Source of the DNA: Eledone cirrhosa
Lineage: Eukaryota
Assembly (NCBI GenBank): GCA_964016885.1
Contig: OZ024741.1
Location: forward strand, 34,906,001-34,970,000
DNA length: 64,000 bases
Direction of reading: 5' to 3'
Shown here in pieces: positions 22,172-45,110 of the stretch. Position 1 is the first letter of the stretch, and the number at the start of each line of letters is the position of its first letter. The notes below the pieces were generated by a model. It was not told the origin of the DNA and did no database searches. It saw only the letters and a program-made list of their open reading frames with translations. A program made the position numbers and the translations under genes.

Positions 22172-25100
22172 AAGATAGAAATCACTTCGCCAAATTTCAT
22201 TGCATTGCTGTCTCCTCCACAATATTCATGTAACGTAATGTACATATTTTTCTTTCATCTCTACCTCCACACTCCTATTTCGTATCAAGTCCAAATAGCC
22301 AATCTATTGCTAAAACAATCTACATTTTTTGTTATCATTAATTGTTAGTTACGAGAGTTTTTGTCGTATTGAACAGAACAAATTTTGTATTTTTGTTAAT
22401 CGCTTGTTAAATGCAAGGACCTCATTCAATCATTACCTTCTATCTAGCTACCCAACACCCCTCCATTGCTATTACGTGGATCAATCATAAGCCAGAGCCC
22501 CCACGCATCACCAGTATTATTATTACGCGGACCAATCATAAGCCAGAGGCCTATACTATCGCTTGCCTGGTTGCCTTTCGATATATGATGGATGGATGGA
22601 CTGCGGAATCCTGGAGAGTGGAGGAGAGAGAGAAAAATCTGGACGCTCAGCGACAATGCCAAAGATAAAGATAAAGACAAATTCACCTCGTGGACGAGAA
22701 TGCGAGCACTCCTCATTGTTTCGACCACGGACGGCTAATATAACCCCATCGCCCACCGCCCCCAACCCCCAAACGCAATCCAAAACTTCAGAGTTGGTAC
22801 CATAAATGTAGGCACCCTAAAGGGTCGCGCTAACGAGGTTGTAGAAATGCTTGAACGTAAGGAGGTCGATGTTTGTTGTATTCAAGAGACCAGGTGGAGG
22901 GGTGGGTCTGCTAGATTCATTGAGGGTAAAAAACGATGTTATAAGCTTTTCTGGGTGGGAAACGACGATGGGCTGGGTGGAGTAGGAATCATGGTAGCAG
23001 AAAAGTGGGCAGATAAGATAATAGACGTAAATAGAGTGAACGACAGAATAATTAAAATACGACTTGTCCTCAATAGAACTACGGTGACAGTAATATCTGC
23101 GTACGCACCCCAATCCGGACTGCCCGGCACTATAAAAGACAGATTCTATGAGACACTGATGCTAACTACCTCCCAAATATCCGACAGTGACTATATAATT
23201 ATTGCAGGCGACCTAAATGGTCACGTTGGACAACAGTGTGACGGCTACGACGAAATCCATGGAGGCTATCGGTTTGGTACTAGAAATGAGGAAGGCTCCA
23301 GAATCCTGGAATTCTGTGATGCAAATAACCTAACTATCTGTAACACTAACTTCAAAAAACGTGACAATCACCTGATCACCTATAGATCCGGGGAACACAC
23401 AAGCCAGGTAGATTATATCCTTACCAGAAGACGTGACAGAGTTTCTGTTGTAAACACTCAATCCCTCCCCCATGAAGAATGCACCTCCCAACATAGACTG
23501 ATAATTAGCGACCTCATAGTCAGGACGAGACTACTCGATAGCAGAAGAGGACTATCCTCAGGAGAAAAATATGAAAGCTAAAGGACCCCACAGCCAGAAA
23601 TAAATTTCAAAGCATATTACTTGATGCTTTCGACAGTAAGGAAGAACATTTAGAGTCGGACAATATAGAGGGACAGTGGGAATTTCTGAAAGCAAACCTG
23701 CTGTTGGCGACAGACGAAGTCTGTGGCTGGAGCAGGCCTGTAGGCAGGAGGAGAGTAACATGGTGGTGGAACAGTAAGGTGGAGGGGTCAATTAAGGCCA
23801 AAAAGCAGGCTTGGAAAGTATGGCGGGATGTGAGGTGTTCAGGATTGCTAGGCAATGCGTCAAGGAAAACCATGATATTGTCGGGGAGAAGTATGTACTT
23901 AACGATGATGGCATACTTGCCATCACCGACGCTGATAAGAAGATAGCTTGGAAGTGTCACTATGAAAGGCAACTAAATGAGGAGAATAAATGGGAGAAAG
24001 ACAGTCTCCCCCATATCGACCCAATAGAGGGACCAGCAGTGTTAGTTGAAGGTAGTATAATAAGTAAGGCAATCAAAGATATGAAGACGGGTAAGGCGGC
24101 TGGGCCTTCGGAAATAGTTGCTGAGATGCTGAAGGCATCTGGTTCGGTGGGACACACCATGGTCACCCGGATAGTTAACCAAGTCGTACAGAATGGGGTT
24201 GTTCCGAAGGACTGGCATAGCAGCATCAACTGTTATAAGGGTAAAGGAGACGCCCTAGATAGGAGTAACTATAGAGGCATTAAATTAATCGACCAGGTCA
24301 TGAAGGTCACGGAAAAAGTAATAGCACGACTAATAAGAGAGAGAATTGACCTAGATGAAATGCAGTTCGGGTTTGTGTCAGGCAAAAGTACCACAGACGC
24401 TCTTTTCATTGTACGACAACTACAGGAGAAGTACCTAGCTAAAGGTAAACCCCTCTACTTAGTAGCTAGAGTCAGAACTTGTTGGAAAAAGTTCAGAGAG
24501 CTTATACCACTATTAGCTGCTAAAGGCTTCTCCCTAAAAATGAAAGGCAGGTTGTACGATGCCTGCATACGAACAGCAATGTTGCATTGCAGTGAGACCT
24601 GGGCATTGTGTGCAGAGGATATACGCAGACTAGAGGGGAACGAAGTTTGCATGCTCCGCTGGATGTGTAACAGTAATATACGTGAACGGCAAAGCATAAA
24701 CGAACTAAGGAAAAAATTAGAAATAAGAGGGATCAGATGTTGTTTACTCGAGAGAAGGCTACGTTGGTATGGACACGTGATGCGCATGAAAGTCGATAGC
24801 TGTATAACAAAGTGCAGGGCAATAAAGATAGACGGTAGCCACGGAATAGGCAGACCTAGAAAAACCTGGGACGAGCTGATAAACTCCGACCTCACACACT
24901 TACACCTCTCCAAGACAATGTCACTGGACCGAGACCTTTGGCGGTACTCAGTAACAGAGAAGACCCGCCTTACCTAAATACATAGTAAAACCTACTACAG
25001 CCAGTAGGCATCTCTAACAAAATACCCCCCCCCCCCCACCCCATCCACACCCTTCTATGTAAAGTTATGTTGGTGCCACACCATCCAGGCCGAAACAAAT

Positions 25101-25359
25101 GAGATCGTGTAGGTGTCACGACAAAAAAACACACAGTCCACGCTGTAATGTGGCTGTGTAGGCAACACGGTAAAAACCTCCCAGACCCATACTGTAAATG
25201 TGGTTGGTGTTAGGAAGGGCATCCAACTGTAGAAAACCTGCCAGACAGTCCTATGCGAGCAAGACAATCACTCTTGCCTCAAGTGGGACTACCCCCGTCT
25301 AAACCCATGCAAACGTGGAACACGGACGTTAAACGTTGATGATCATGATGATGATGATG

Positions 25360-25360
<1 letters not shown>
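22172..25360 (+). mobile_element. RTE family A with 5' UTR, internally deleted and frameshifted
   Basis: APE ORF 22847-23581. RT ORF 23811-24977 joins KPLYL directly to VARVRT, so it lacks YADD and the PHD finger. A second deletion is at about 23830. Confidence 0.95.
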
Positions 25361-25400
<40 letters not shown>

Positions 25401-25407
25401 TATATAC

Positions 25408-25446
<39 letters not shown>

Positions 25447-25451
25447 TATAC

Positions 25452-25482
<31 letters not shown>

Positions 25483-25688
25483 CATATATATACATATATA
25501 TATATACATATATATATATACATATATATACATATATATATATACATATATATACATATATATATATACATATATATACATATATATATATACATATATA
25601 TACATATATATATATACATATATATACATATATATATACATATATATATATATACATATATATATACATATATATATACATATATATA

Positions 25689-25842
25689 TCTATCTAAGGC
25701 GGGTAAAATTCCCGAGATCCATGGACGAGTTCTCTCCAGCGGTCCCTGTCCCTCATTATCGCTGCCATATCCTGCATCTCCAACAGACCAGTGTCTGTCC
25801 TTAGGGCATCAACATATGTTAACCTTGGTCTTCCTCTTCTAG

Positions 25843-25843
<1 letters not shown>
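25689..25843 (-). mobile_element. 3' tip of a fourth RTE-like LINE family (D)
   Basis: Minus strand reads [39 protein letters not shown], the GRP...DR..W C-terminal motif of RTE ORFs. Confidence 0.7.
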
Positions 25844-34060
<8,217 letters not shown>

Positions 34061-34062
<2 letters not shown>

Positions 34063-34529
34063 TACGATATTAAATAAATGGAAACTATATTTATAAAACC
34101 ATATTTATTTCATTATACATATTTCAGGGATACCAAATTAAAATATGGCATGCCTTCGTCAGATAAAATACAATATATAAACAGTTTTATAAATAGTTTT
34201 GACGTACCCTATTATAAGCGACCATTGTCTTTGGAGGCTGTCTGGATAGTCTATCCAGACAGCCTCCAAAAATAATGGTCGCTTATAATAGGGTACGTCA
34301 AAATTATTTATAAAACTGTTTATATATTGTATTTTATCTGACGAAGGCATGCCATATTTTAATTTGGTATCCCTGAAATATGTATAATGAAATAAATATG
34401 GTTTATAAATATAGTTTGCATTTATTTAATATCGTATATCTACTCCAAAAACTTGTTGAGTGCTTTATATCAGTTATAAAATATTTACTTGTTGTATCCC
34501 AACAATTTTAAATAAAACTTTTGCATATA
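34061..34529 (+). mobile_element. foldback PLE pLTR: palindrome 34061-34438 (centre 34250) plus ~90-nt tail
   Basis: Centre is ctggatag-t-ctatccag. Homologous to 53167-53443 and 56950-57113. Confidence 0.9.
34330..34394 (+). ncRNA. type I hammerhead ribozyme (family H4); mirror copy on the minus strand at 34106-34170
   Basis: tattttat-CTGACGA-aggcatgcca...tggtatccct-GAAA-tatgta-TA-atgaaata. Confidence 0.8.
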
Positions 34530-34712
34530 AATATATATATATAAATATATGCTGAATCCACGTTCTGTACTCTTGTCTTCTTCTTCTCCCTTATCTCCCA
34601 TTATATTTCACCTTTTCCTATGTCACCCTCCCCCCTCCTTTTCCCCCCATATATTTTTTTTGCCTTACCTTTCACATACCAAAATGTATGTGTATGTATG
34701 TGTATATATATA

Positions 34713-34790
<78 letters not shown>

Positions 34791-34796
<6 letters not shown>

Positions 34797-36025
34797 GACA
34801 GGGGGGGAAGAAAAAAATGGCTTCACTTGTGCTTTCAACAAATTTATTTTCTTCACAAAATCCCAAAAGAATTTTTTTCCGGATTAGAAAAAATGTGTTT
34901 AAAAATTTTTTTTATAAATTAAGTCGTTGGTTGTTGGTTAGGTCTTAGGAGTTCTTGGTTAACGTAGGAGGTATTGTTTCGTTTTTAGAAAGACCTTTCA
35001 CGCTGAGGTGCGCTTGTCATCTGATGTGTATGTGGTGTGTTGTTCTATATATAGGGATTTAACATGTTTGTGGTGTGTTGGGGGTTTTTTCTCCCCCTTT
35101 AGTAAGTGTAGGGGTGTAGGTGTGTTGAAAAAATGTTGTTCTACAGCAATCTACCAAAAAATGTTGTTCTACAGCAATCTACCAAAAAATGTTGTTCTAC
35201 AGCATTCTCCCAAAATGAATGCACTCTTAAAAAACACACAGATAATTTATACCAGACGCCAAGCACCCAACCTTAAAAAACTAATTACCAAGGCAAAATT
35301 TACGACCAACATGGAATCAATGCAAGTGACGAAATGCGGGGACCCTAGATGTGGAACCTGTGAACTCATCGAAGAGGGCAAACAGTTGTCCTTCAAAAAC
35401 CATGATAATTTCAAGGTCAATGCAAACATGAACTGCAAAACGAAAAACCTAATATATTGCGCAACATGTCCACAGAGTAAAGAGTATTACATTGGGGAAA
35501 CCGGAATGGGACTACATGATGGATTCCGGGTACATAAACAACAAATTAAAGACCCCACAGTCAGAAATACCACATGTAGCGCACACTTTGCATCATGCGG
35601 GAAGGGAAAATTCACAATTTTCCCTTTCTTCAAGATATGGTCGGATAACGAACATTTCCGCAGATATAAAGAAGAATTCTTCATTGAAAAATTTAAACCA
35701 CTACTGAACACGAAAAAATGAATTAACACTCGGAGGTAAAATTCCATTTCACTAACCCCCCCCCCCCCCGCTTCTTATGTATACACATGAATATCTGAGT
35801 GAACAGTGAGACACACACATATATATGTGTAGGTATGTATGGATGTATGTACATGTGGGTATATATGTATGTGGGTGTGTATGTGTGTGTATATATATGT
35901 ATGGACGTGTGTATGTATGTATGTGTGTGTGTATATATATATATGTATGTATGTGTATGTGTATATATATGTATATGTATGTATGTGTATATGTATGTAT
36001 GTGTATATTTGTATATATATATATG

Positions 36026-36071
<46 letters not shown>

Positions 36072-36267
36072 TATATGTTTATATATATATGTGTGTGTGT
36101 TTGTATATGTATGTATCTATATGTGTGTGTGTGTATGTATGTGCATATATGCATATATGTGTGTACGTAGATGTATGTTTCTGTATGTGTATATGTATGT
36201 ATGTATGTAGATGTATATATGTGTATATGTATATATATATATGTATATATGTGTCTTTATGTGTTTG

Positions 36268-36312
<45 letters not shown>

Positions 36313-36321
36313 CTGTATGTA

Positions 36322-36362
<41 letters not shown>

Positions 36363-36485
36363 ATGTATGTGTATGTATGTATGTGTTTGTATGTGTATGT
36401 ATATATATGTATATATATATATATAAATATATATGTATATATATGTGTATATATATGTATATGTGTGTACGTGTCTGTATGTGTT

Positions 36486-36542
<57 letters not shown>

Positions 36543-37536
36543 ATGCCTCTCTCTCTCTCTATATATATATATGTGTGTGTGTGTATGTGTGTGTGTGTAT
36601 GCATGTATGTGTGAATGGATGTATATATACGGACATATGTATATGTGTTAGTGTGTGTACACGTGTGTGTGTGTGTATGTGTATATATGTATATTTAGTT
36701 ATGTATCTTTATATGTGTATATATATATATATGTATATGTATGTATATATATATACACCCATGTCGAGGTATGAGTACATATTCGTGTGTGTACGTATGT
36801 GTATATGTGTTTTTATATGTGTCTTTATATGTATGTATGTGGATGTATATGTACATGGGTGTGTGATTGATGGTGTGTGCCTATATATTCCTACATATGC
36901 CTGTGTGTGTATGTACGTATATATACACACATATGTGTGTGTTGAAGAAAGGACTAATTTTGGGATGGACGTAGAAAAATTCTTCAGAAAAAAATAATTG
37001 TTTACAAGCTTGGCAGGTGCGGTTTGCCTATGACCATTCTCGACACAAAGGACTACTAAAAGCTTTTTCCCCTGAATAAAGGAATTTTTCGAGAATGACC
37101 GGGGCAGGCCGCGCTTGCTACATTTCTCCCCACCCAACCCTACTCACTGTCTCAACTCATCACTGCTATTAACATTTTTTCAACACACCTACACCCCTAC
37201 ACTTACTAAAGGGGGAGAGAAAAAACCCCCACCACACCACAAACATGTTAAATCCCTATATATAGAACAACACACCACATACACATCAGTTTGACAAGCG
37301 CACCTCAGCGTGAAAGGTCTTTCTAAAGACGAAACAATACCTCCTACGTTAACCAAGAACTCCTAAGACCTAACCAACAACCAACGACTTAATTTATAAA
37401 AAAAATTTTCTAATCCGGAAAAAAATTCTTTTTGGATTTTGTGAAGGAAATAAATTTGTTGAAAGCACAAGTGAAGCCATTTTTTTCTTCCCCCCTGTCT
37501 TAATATACCTAACTGTACCAAGGATTACACACATTT

Positions 37537-37542
<6 letters not shown>
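34791..37542 (+). mobile_element. 5'-truncated PLE (Neptune-like) with inverted arm 34791-35137 / 37171-37505 and ~37-nt unpaired tail
   Basis: The arms are reverse complements and enclose a GIY-YIG ORF. The 3' UTR contains a TG/TA microsatellite. Confidence 0.9.
35205..35721 (+). CDS. PLE Cys linker plus GIY-YIG endonuclease (truncated)
   Basis: KCGDPRCGTC, CKTKNLIYCATC, YIGETG, H, E..FI.KFKPLLN. Confidence 0.9.
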
Positions 37543-37591
<49 letters not shown>

Positions 37592-37599
37592 TAGATAGA

Positions 37600-37900
37600 C
37601 CAGGTTTTTTTCATTCTGATGATTGAAGGCAACATTTTTTGCTTTTAAGAAACCACTGGTGAATGGAATAATTGCCTTATGTTGTTTATTACATTACTAT
37701 ATATATGTATATGTATATTTTGGAGTTATATAAGGTTCATATGAATTATCTAAGATTGAGTTTTACACACACACACATATATATATATATATGTGTGTTT
37801 GTATTTGGTTGTGCGTGTTTGTGATATGTACGTATTTGTATGTGTATAATTGTATAGCTATGTATGTATGTGTGTGTGTGTATGTATGTGTATGTGTATT

Positions 37901-37936
<36 letters not shown>

Positions 37937-38780
37937 CTTGTGTATGTATTTGTGTATGCGTATGTATGTGTTTATGTATTTGTATATGTATATTTATGTA
38001 TGAGAGTGAGTGTATGTATTTATTTTTACGTATGTATGTGTACGTGCATTTGTGTGTATTGCTTACCAAGCGTGTTTGTTCATTTATTCGTTGCCTGTAT
38101 CGCTATCAACTGTATAATAGTTTTTATTATTTTATTTTATTTTTTATATATATTTTTTCTTATATTTATTTGCATATGTGAATATGTAGAGGTGTGTGTA
38201 TATTTTTCTAATTTTGTACATGCACATGTATGCATTTATGTATGTGTATGTATGTACGTGTGTATACAGGTATGATTGTGTGTATGTATGTATGTATATG
38301 TATGTGTGTATGGCTATGTATGTGTATGTGTATACATATATATATATATATATATATTTATATTTCTATATATATGTGTGTGTGGTTGTATATATGTATG
38401 TGTATGTATGGATGTGTTGATATTTATGTGTGTATGTGTGTATATATATACACATATATATGTGTATATGTGTGTGTGTATGTATGAGTGTATGTATGCA
38501 TTTGTGTGTGCGTGTGTGTGTGTGTGTTTGCATTTGTGTGTGTGTGTGTGTTTGCATGTGTGTTTTTATTTTATTTTTCCTTTCCTTCTTCCTTCTCCAG
38601 CCTCACTTTCATATAGATTGCATTTTTGTTTTTAAAATCCAAATTCAATAAACAGACCAGGATGAAAATACTGGTAAATGGAATAATTGCATTATGTTGT
38701 TTATTACATAACTATTAAGCTCTGTTACCTACATAGAGCACTCCTTTTTCCTGGACTTTTCCGACGGAATTACTTCACAT
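37600..38780. repeat. unclassified repeat with internal TG/TA microsatellite and ~55-bp direct repeats near both ends
   Basis: actggt(g/a)aatggaataattgc(c/a)ttatgttgtttattacat occurs at about 37655 and 38670. Confidence 0.55.
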
Positions 38781-38812
38781 ATATAAATATATATATATAA
38801 ATATATAAATAT

Positions 38813-38843
<31 letters not shown>

Positions 38844-38849
38844 AATATA

Positions 38850-41800
38850 TCATCATCATCATCATCACCGTTTTACGTCCGTTCTTCTACGCTAGCATGG
38901 GTTAGACGGGTTGTCCTGTTGTGGGCAGTGTCTGGTCGGCTGACCATGCCTTGCTCATACAGGAACTGATTTGGCTTGATTTCTACAGCTGGATGCCCTT
39001 CCTAACACCAACCTCATTTACAGTGAGTGCTGGGTGCTTTTTCGTGGCGCCTACACGTCCACTTTACAGTGTGGGCTGGGTGCTTTTTTGCCGTGGCACC
39101 TCCACGACCACCTTGCGGTGGGGGGTGTGGGGGCATATTGTCTATATGCTTCAGCTTGTACCCATGGGAGGTCGGGTACTCTGTATTACTGCGTGACGCC
39201 AGAAGTCACGGTCGTGTGTCATCGCCTTTGAGAGGTGTAATTGGGTAAGGTCGGCTTTTATCACCTCATCCCAGGTCATCTTGGGTCTCCCCACTCCACG
39301 GTTTCCATCAACTTCTAGTGCTCTGCACCTTTTTATGCAGCTGTCATCCTTCATACGCATCACATGTCCATACCAGCGCAACCGCCTCTCCTGCACACAG
39401 CATTTGATTCCTCTTATGCTCAGTCTCTCTCTCAACTCATTTATGCTTTGTCGTTCACGTATATTATTGTTACACATCCATCGGAGCATGCAGGCTTCGT
39501 TTCTCTCTAATCTACGTAAGTCTTCCACCATCAGCGCCCAGGTCTCGCTACCATACAACATCGCTGTTCGGATACACGCATCATATAGTCTGCCATTCAT
39601 TCTGAGGGAGAAGCCTTTTGCAGCTAGCAGTGGTAGTAGTTCCCTAAACTTCTTCCATCCCGTTCTTACCCTAGTTATTGCAATTTCTGAACACCCACCT
39701 CCGTTGCTAATTCGGTCACCTAGGAAGCAGAAGCTGTCTACTGTTTCTACAGGGCTCTCCCAGAGATTGGTGGTACTTGTTTCCTGTGGCTGTTTGCTGT
39801 TTGCTGTCTCAGCACAGCTGCTGCATGTGAATCCTACATTCTTAATTAAGCTTCCTGAGATCCCGCTACATCTCTTGTGTACCCATTGTTTGCATTTGGG
39901 GCAGAGAATGGAGTTCCTACCTACACCTTTCCTACATACTGAGCAAGGCCATTTCCCTGAGGGGATCTGGGTTCTGTTTTCTCGTCTACTTATAAGGACC
40001 TTAATCTTTGTCATGTCGACTTTGAGGCCCTTTCTCTCTAGTCCCTGCTTCCAGGTTTGGAATTTCTTCTCTAGTTCTACCATAGATTCAGCTATGAGTG
40101 CGAGGTCATCAGCATACAGGAGTTCCCATGGGCATCCGGTCTTAAACTCCCCCGTTATTGCCTGCAGGACTATGATGAACAGGAGAGGGCTAAGAACAGA
40201 GCCCTGGTGGACCCCAACTTGTACGCTAAATTCCTCGCTATACTCATTGCTAATCCTAACTTTGCTGACTGCTCCCCTATACATGGCTTGTACTGCTTTC
40301 ACAAGCCATTCATCTACTCCTAGTTTTCTAAGAGCCCACCAGATTACAGCACGTGGAACTCTGTCAAAGGCTTTCTCAAGGTCGACAAATGCCAAGTAGA
40401 GTGGCTTACTTTTAGCTAGGTACTTTTCCTGTAATTGCCTCACAAGGAAGAGGGCATCAGTGGTGCCTCTTCCTGGTACAAACCCAAATTGCATCTCATC
40501 TATTTTCACCCGGTCCCTTATCAGCTGTGCTATAACTCTTTCTGTTACTTTCATGACCTGGTCCATCAACTTTATACCTCTATAGTTTCCTCTATCTAGT
40601 GCATCGCCTTTACCTTTGTAGCAGTTGACAATGATGCTACTGCACCAATCTTTTGGTATGGCCCCTTCTAGTATTACCTGGTTAACGATACGTGTGGTTA
40701 TAGTGTGACCTACAGACCCAGATGCCTTCAGCATCTCGGCAGCTATACCCGATGGACCGGTTGCCTTCCCCATCTTAATATCTTTGATTGCCTTACTTAC
40801 TACGCTGCCGCTGACTTGTACTGCTGGTCCCTCTATAGGGTCTACTTGGGGTAGGGTCTCTTCTTCCCATGCATTCTCCTCATTTAGTAATCTATCATAA
40901 TGACTCTTCCATGCATCTTTCTTCTCAGCACTTGTGAGGGCAAGCTCACCTTTATCATTCCGGATACACTTCTCTTCAATGACATCACAACTATCTCTGA
41001 CACACTGCCTCGCAATCTTGAATACCTCCTGTTTCTGGTCCTCACGTTGTAAAACATGCTTGAATTTTCTATCCTCTGCTTCCCTCCTAGCTAAGTATAC
41101 TTGTCGCCTAGCTTTCCTCTTGGTCTCTATGTAATGTACCCTGCTCCCCCCGTTCTTCCATTCTTTCCATGCCTGTCTCTTGGCCTTGACTGCTTCATCT
41201 ACCTTATTGTTCCACCACCAAGTCACTCTCCTCCTGCTTGAGCTCTTACTCCGGCCACAGACCTCATCCGTCGCTTCTAGTAAATTATCTTTTAGGAACT
41301 CCCAGTTCTCTTCTACATTAAATGTCTCTATCTGTTCTTCTTTACTGTCGTAGGCGTTGAGTAAAATATCTTTAAATCTGTTACTGGTTGAGGGGACTTT
41401 CAGCTTCCAGATCTTTCTTCTCCAGGTTGGCCTCTGTTTCCGGGCTCGTCTAGTTCTGACCGTGAGGTCGCTGACAACTAAGCTATGTTGGGATGTACAT
41501 TCCTCACTAGGGAAGGCTTTTGTGTTTACGACCGTCCATCTGTCACGTCCTCTGATGAGGATAAAATCTATCTGACTAGAGTGCTCCCCTGATCTATAGG
41601 TGATCAGGTGATTGTCGGGTTTTTTAAAGTTTGTGTTACATATCAACATGTCATTGGCGTCGCAGAATTCTAGAAGTCTGAATCCTTCCTTATTCCTTGT
41701 GCCAACTCCATGGCCTCCATGTACTCTATTGAAGCCGTCGCAGTGTTTACCTACGTGTCCGTTAAAATCTCCTGCGATGATTAGGAAGTCCTTGTCGTCT

Positions 41801-42272
41801 GTTAGAGCAGTAGTGTGTATTAGGGACTCGTAAAACCTATCCTTAAGTTCGTCTGGCAGCCCCGATTGGGGTGCGTAAGCTGATATTAGTGTGGTAATTG
41901 TTTTATTCAGGACTAGTCTGAGTTTAATGATTCTTGCGTTTACCCTGTACACTGAGATTACTTTATCTACCCACTTGTCAGCTAGTAGTATACCTACACC
42001 ACCCATCCCATCGTCATTTCCCACCCAGAAAAATTTTGTAGCACCGACTTTTTCCTACGAGGACTCTGGCAGACTCTCCTCTCCATCTTGTCTCTTGCAC
42101 ACAGCATACGTCAATTTCCTTTCGCTCTAGCATTTCTACGATTTCTCCTGCTCTTCCTTTCATTGAGCCTACATTGATGGTACCAACTCGGAGTTTTGGG
42201 CATTTGTCGACACTCGTAGGAGAGGGTCTCTGGGTTGGCGCTTCACATGGGTGCTTGGTAGCTCGCAGATTC
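38850..42272 (-). mobile_element. RTE-clade LINE family B, near-complete ORF
   Basis: ORF 39151-42024 (957 aa; APE, RT LYADD, PHD-like). The N-terminus [13 protein letters not shown] lies in 42030-42272 across a frameshift. (ATG)n tail. Confidence 0.97.
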
Positions 42273-42932
<660 letters not shown>

Positions 42933-44181
42933 ATTAACCTGGCTAAGACTAAAGTTCTAGTTTGTAGGAAAGAAAATAAGGCGGCGGTCCCTTCTAGGAA
43001 ATGGCCATGCTCAGTGTGTAGGAAAGGCGTAGGTAGAAACTCCATTTTATGTCCCAAATGCAAAGTATGGGTGCATAAAAGATGTAGTGGGATCACAGGT
43101 AAGCTAACTAAGAACATAGATTTTACATGTGGCCGGTGCTCTGGTGCAATAAGTAGCAGCAAGTGCCCACAAAATACTAGCTCTTTCAATTGCCCAGAGG
43201 GTTCTATAGAAATAGTGGACAGCTTCCGTTACCTGGGTGACAAAATCAGCAGTGGGGGAGGGTGCTCTGAAAGTACAGTAGCTAGAGTCAGAACTGGTTG
43301 GAAAAAGTTCAGAGAGCTTATACCACTATTAGCTGCTGAAGGGTTCTCCCTAAAAATGAAAGGCAGGTTGTATGATGCCTGCATACGAACAGCAATGTTG
43401 CATGGCAGTGAAACCTGGGCATTATGCGCAGAGGATATACGCAGACTAGAGAGGAACGAAACTTGCATGCTCCGCTGGATGTGTAACAGTAATATACGTG
43501 AACGGCAAAGCATAAACGAACTAAGGAAAAAATTAGAAATAAGAGGGATCAGATGTTGTTTACTCGAGAGAAGGCTACGTTGGTATGGACACGTGATGCA
43601 CATGAAAGTCGATAGGTGTATAACAAAGTGCAGGGCAATAAAGATAGACGGTAGCCACGGAATAGGCAGACCTAGAAAAACCTGGGATGAGCTGATAAAC
43701 TCCGACCTCACACACTTACACCTCTCCAAGACAATGTCACTGGACCGAGACCTTTGGCGGTACTCAGTAACAGAGAAGACCCGCCTTACCTAAATACATA
43801 GTAAAACCTACTACAGCCAGTAGGCATCTCTAACAAAATACACCCCGTCCCACCACCCCCACCCCATCCACACCACCCCCTCTATGTAAAGTTATGTTGG
43901 TGCCACGCCATCCAGGCCGAAACAAATGAGATCGTGTAGGAGTCACGACAAAAAAACACACAGTCCACGCTGTAATGTGGCCGTGTAGGCAACACGGTAA
44001 AAACCTCCCAGACCCATACTGTAAATGTGGTTGGTGTTAGGAAGGGCATCCAACTGTAGAAAACCTGCCAGACAGTCCTATGCGAGCAAGACAATCACTC
44101 TTGCCTCAAGTGGGAATACCCCCGTCCAAACCCATGCAAGCGTGGAACACGGACGTTAAACGTTGATGATGATGATGATGA
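42933..44181 (+). mobile_element. RTE family A, 5'-truncated
   Basis: ORF 43014-43793. The 3' UTR closely matches 24978-25360. Confidence 0.95.
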
Positions 44182-44198
44182 TATATATATATATATAA

Positions 44199-44233
<35 letters not shown>

Positions 44234-44633
44234 AATATATGTATATATATATATATATATAAATAGATATATATATATAAATAGATATATATATATATAT
44301 ATATAAATAAATATATATATATAAATAAATAAATAAATATATATAAATAAATAAATATATATAAATAAATATATATAAATAAATAAATAAATATATATAT
44401 ATATATAAATAAATATATATATATAAATAAATATATATATATATATAAATAAATATATATATATATAAATAAATATATATATATAAATAAATATATATAT
44501 ATATATATAAATAAATATATATATATATATAAATAAATATATATATATATATAAATAAATATATATATATATATAAATAAATATATATATATATATAAAT
44601 AAATATATATATATATATAAATATATATAATAT

Positions 44634-44714
<81 letters not shown>

Positions 44715-44737
44715 AATATATATTATTATATATAAAT

Positions 44738-44768
<31 letters not shown>

Positions 44769-44792
44769 AATATATATTACTATATAATTATA

Positions 44793-45035
44793 CAATAGCA
44801 CGCAAAGACAAAACCACGTAAATGGTATAGCAGAAGTCGTAGACTAAAATTCTAACTAGGAGACCGAATGAATCTCCGCTTCAGAGTTAAGAACAAAGTA
44901 AATAAATACAATACAGAGGTAATAGAAATTAAATAAATACATACACACATACAAATACGTACATACACAAGCATACGCGAAAACACTTACCATAGGTATA
45001 CAAAAACACGCACATATAAATATGTGTGTGTATAT
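44793..45035. repeat. fragment of the repeat at 51301-51540
   Basis: Shares caatagcacgcaaagacaaaaccacgtaaatggtatagcagaa. Confidence 0.85.
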
Positions 45036-45047
45036 ATATATAAATAT

Positions 45048-45080
<33 letters not shown>

Positions 45081-45110
45081 AATATATATATATATAAATA
45101 TATATATAAA

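Noticed and set aside
37305-37480. Two hairpin-GAAA motifs in the pLTR of the 34.8-37.5 kb PLE
   Set aside because: The upstream core (gtgaaag, gtgaagg) and the cleavage site do not fit, so I cannot call them.
37610-37665. CTGATGA-hairpin-GAAA hammerhead candidate
   Set aside because: No valid UH cleavage site joining stem I. At best a decayed motif.
39281-40399. Antisense ORFs over RTE and PLE coding regions
   Set aside because: Shadow frames of TE ORFs with no independent motifs.
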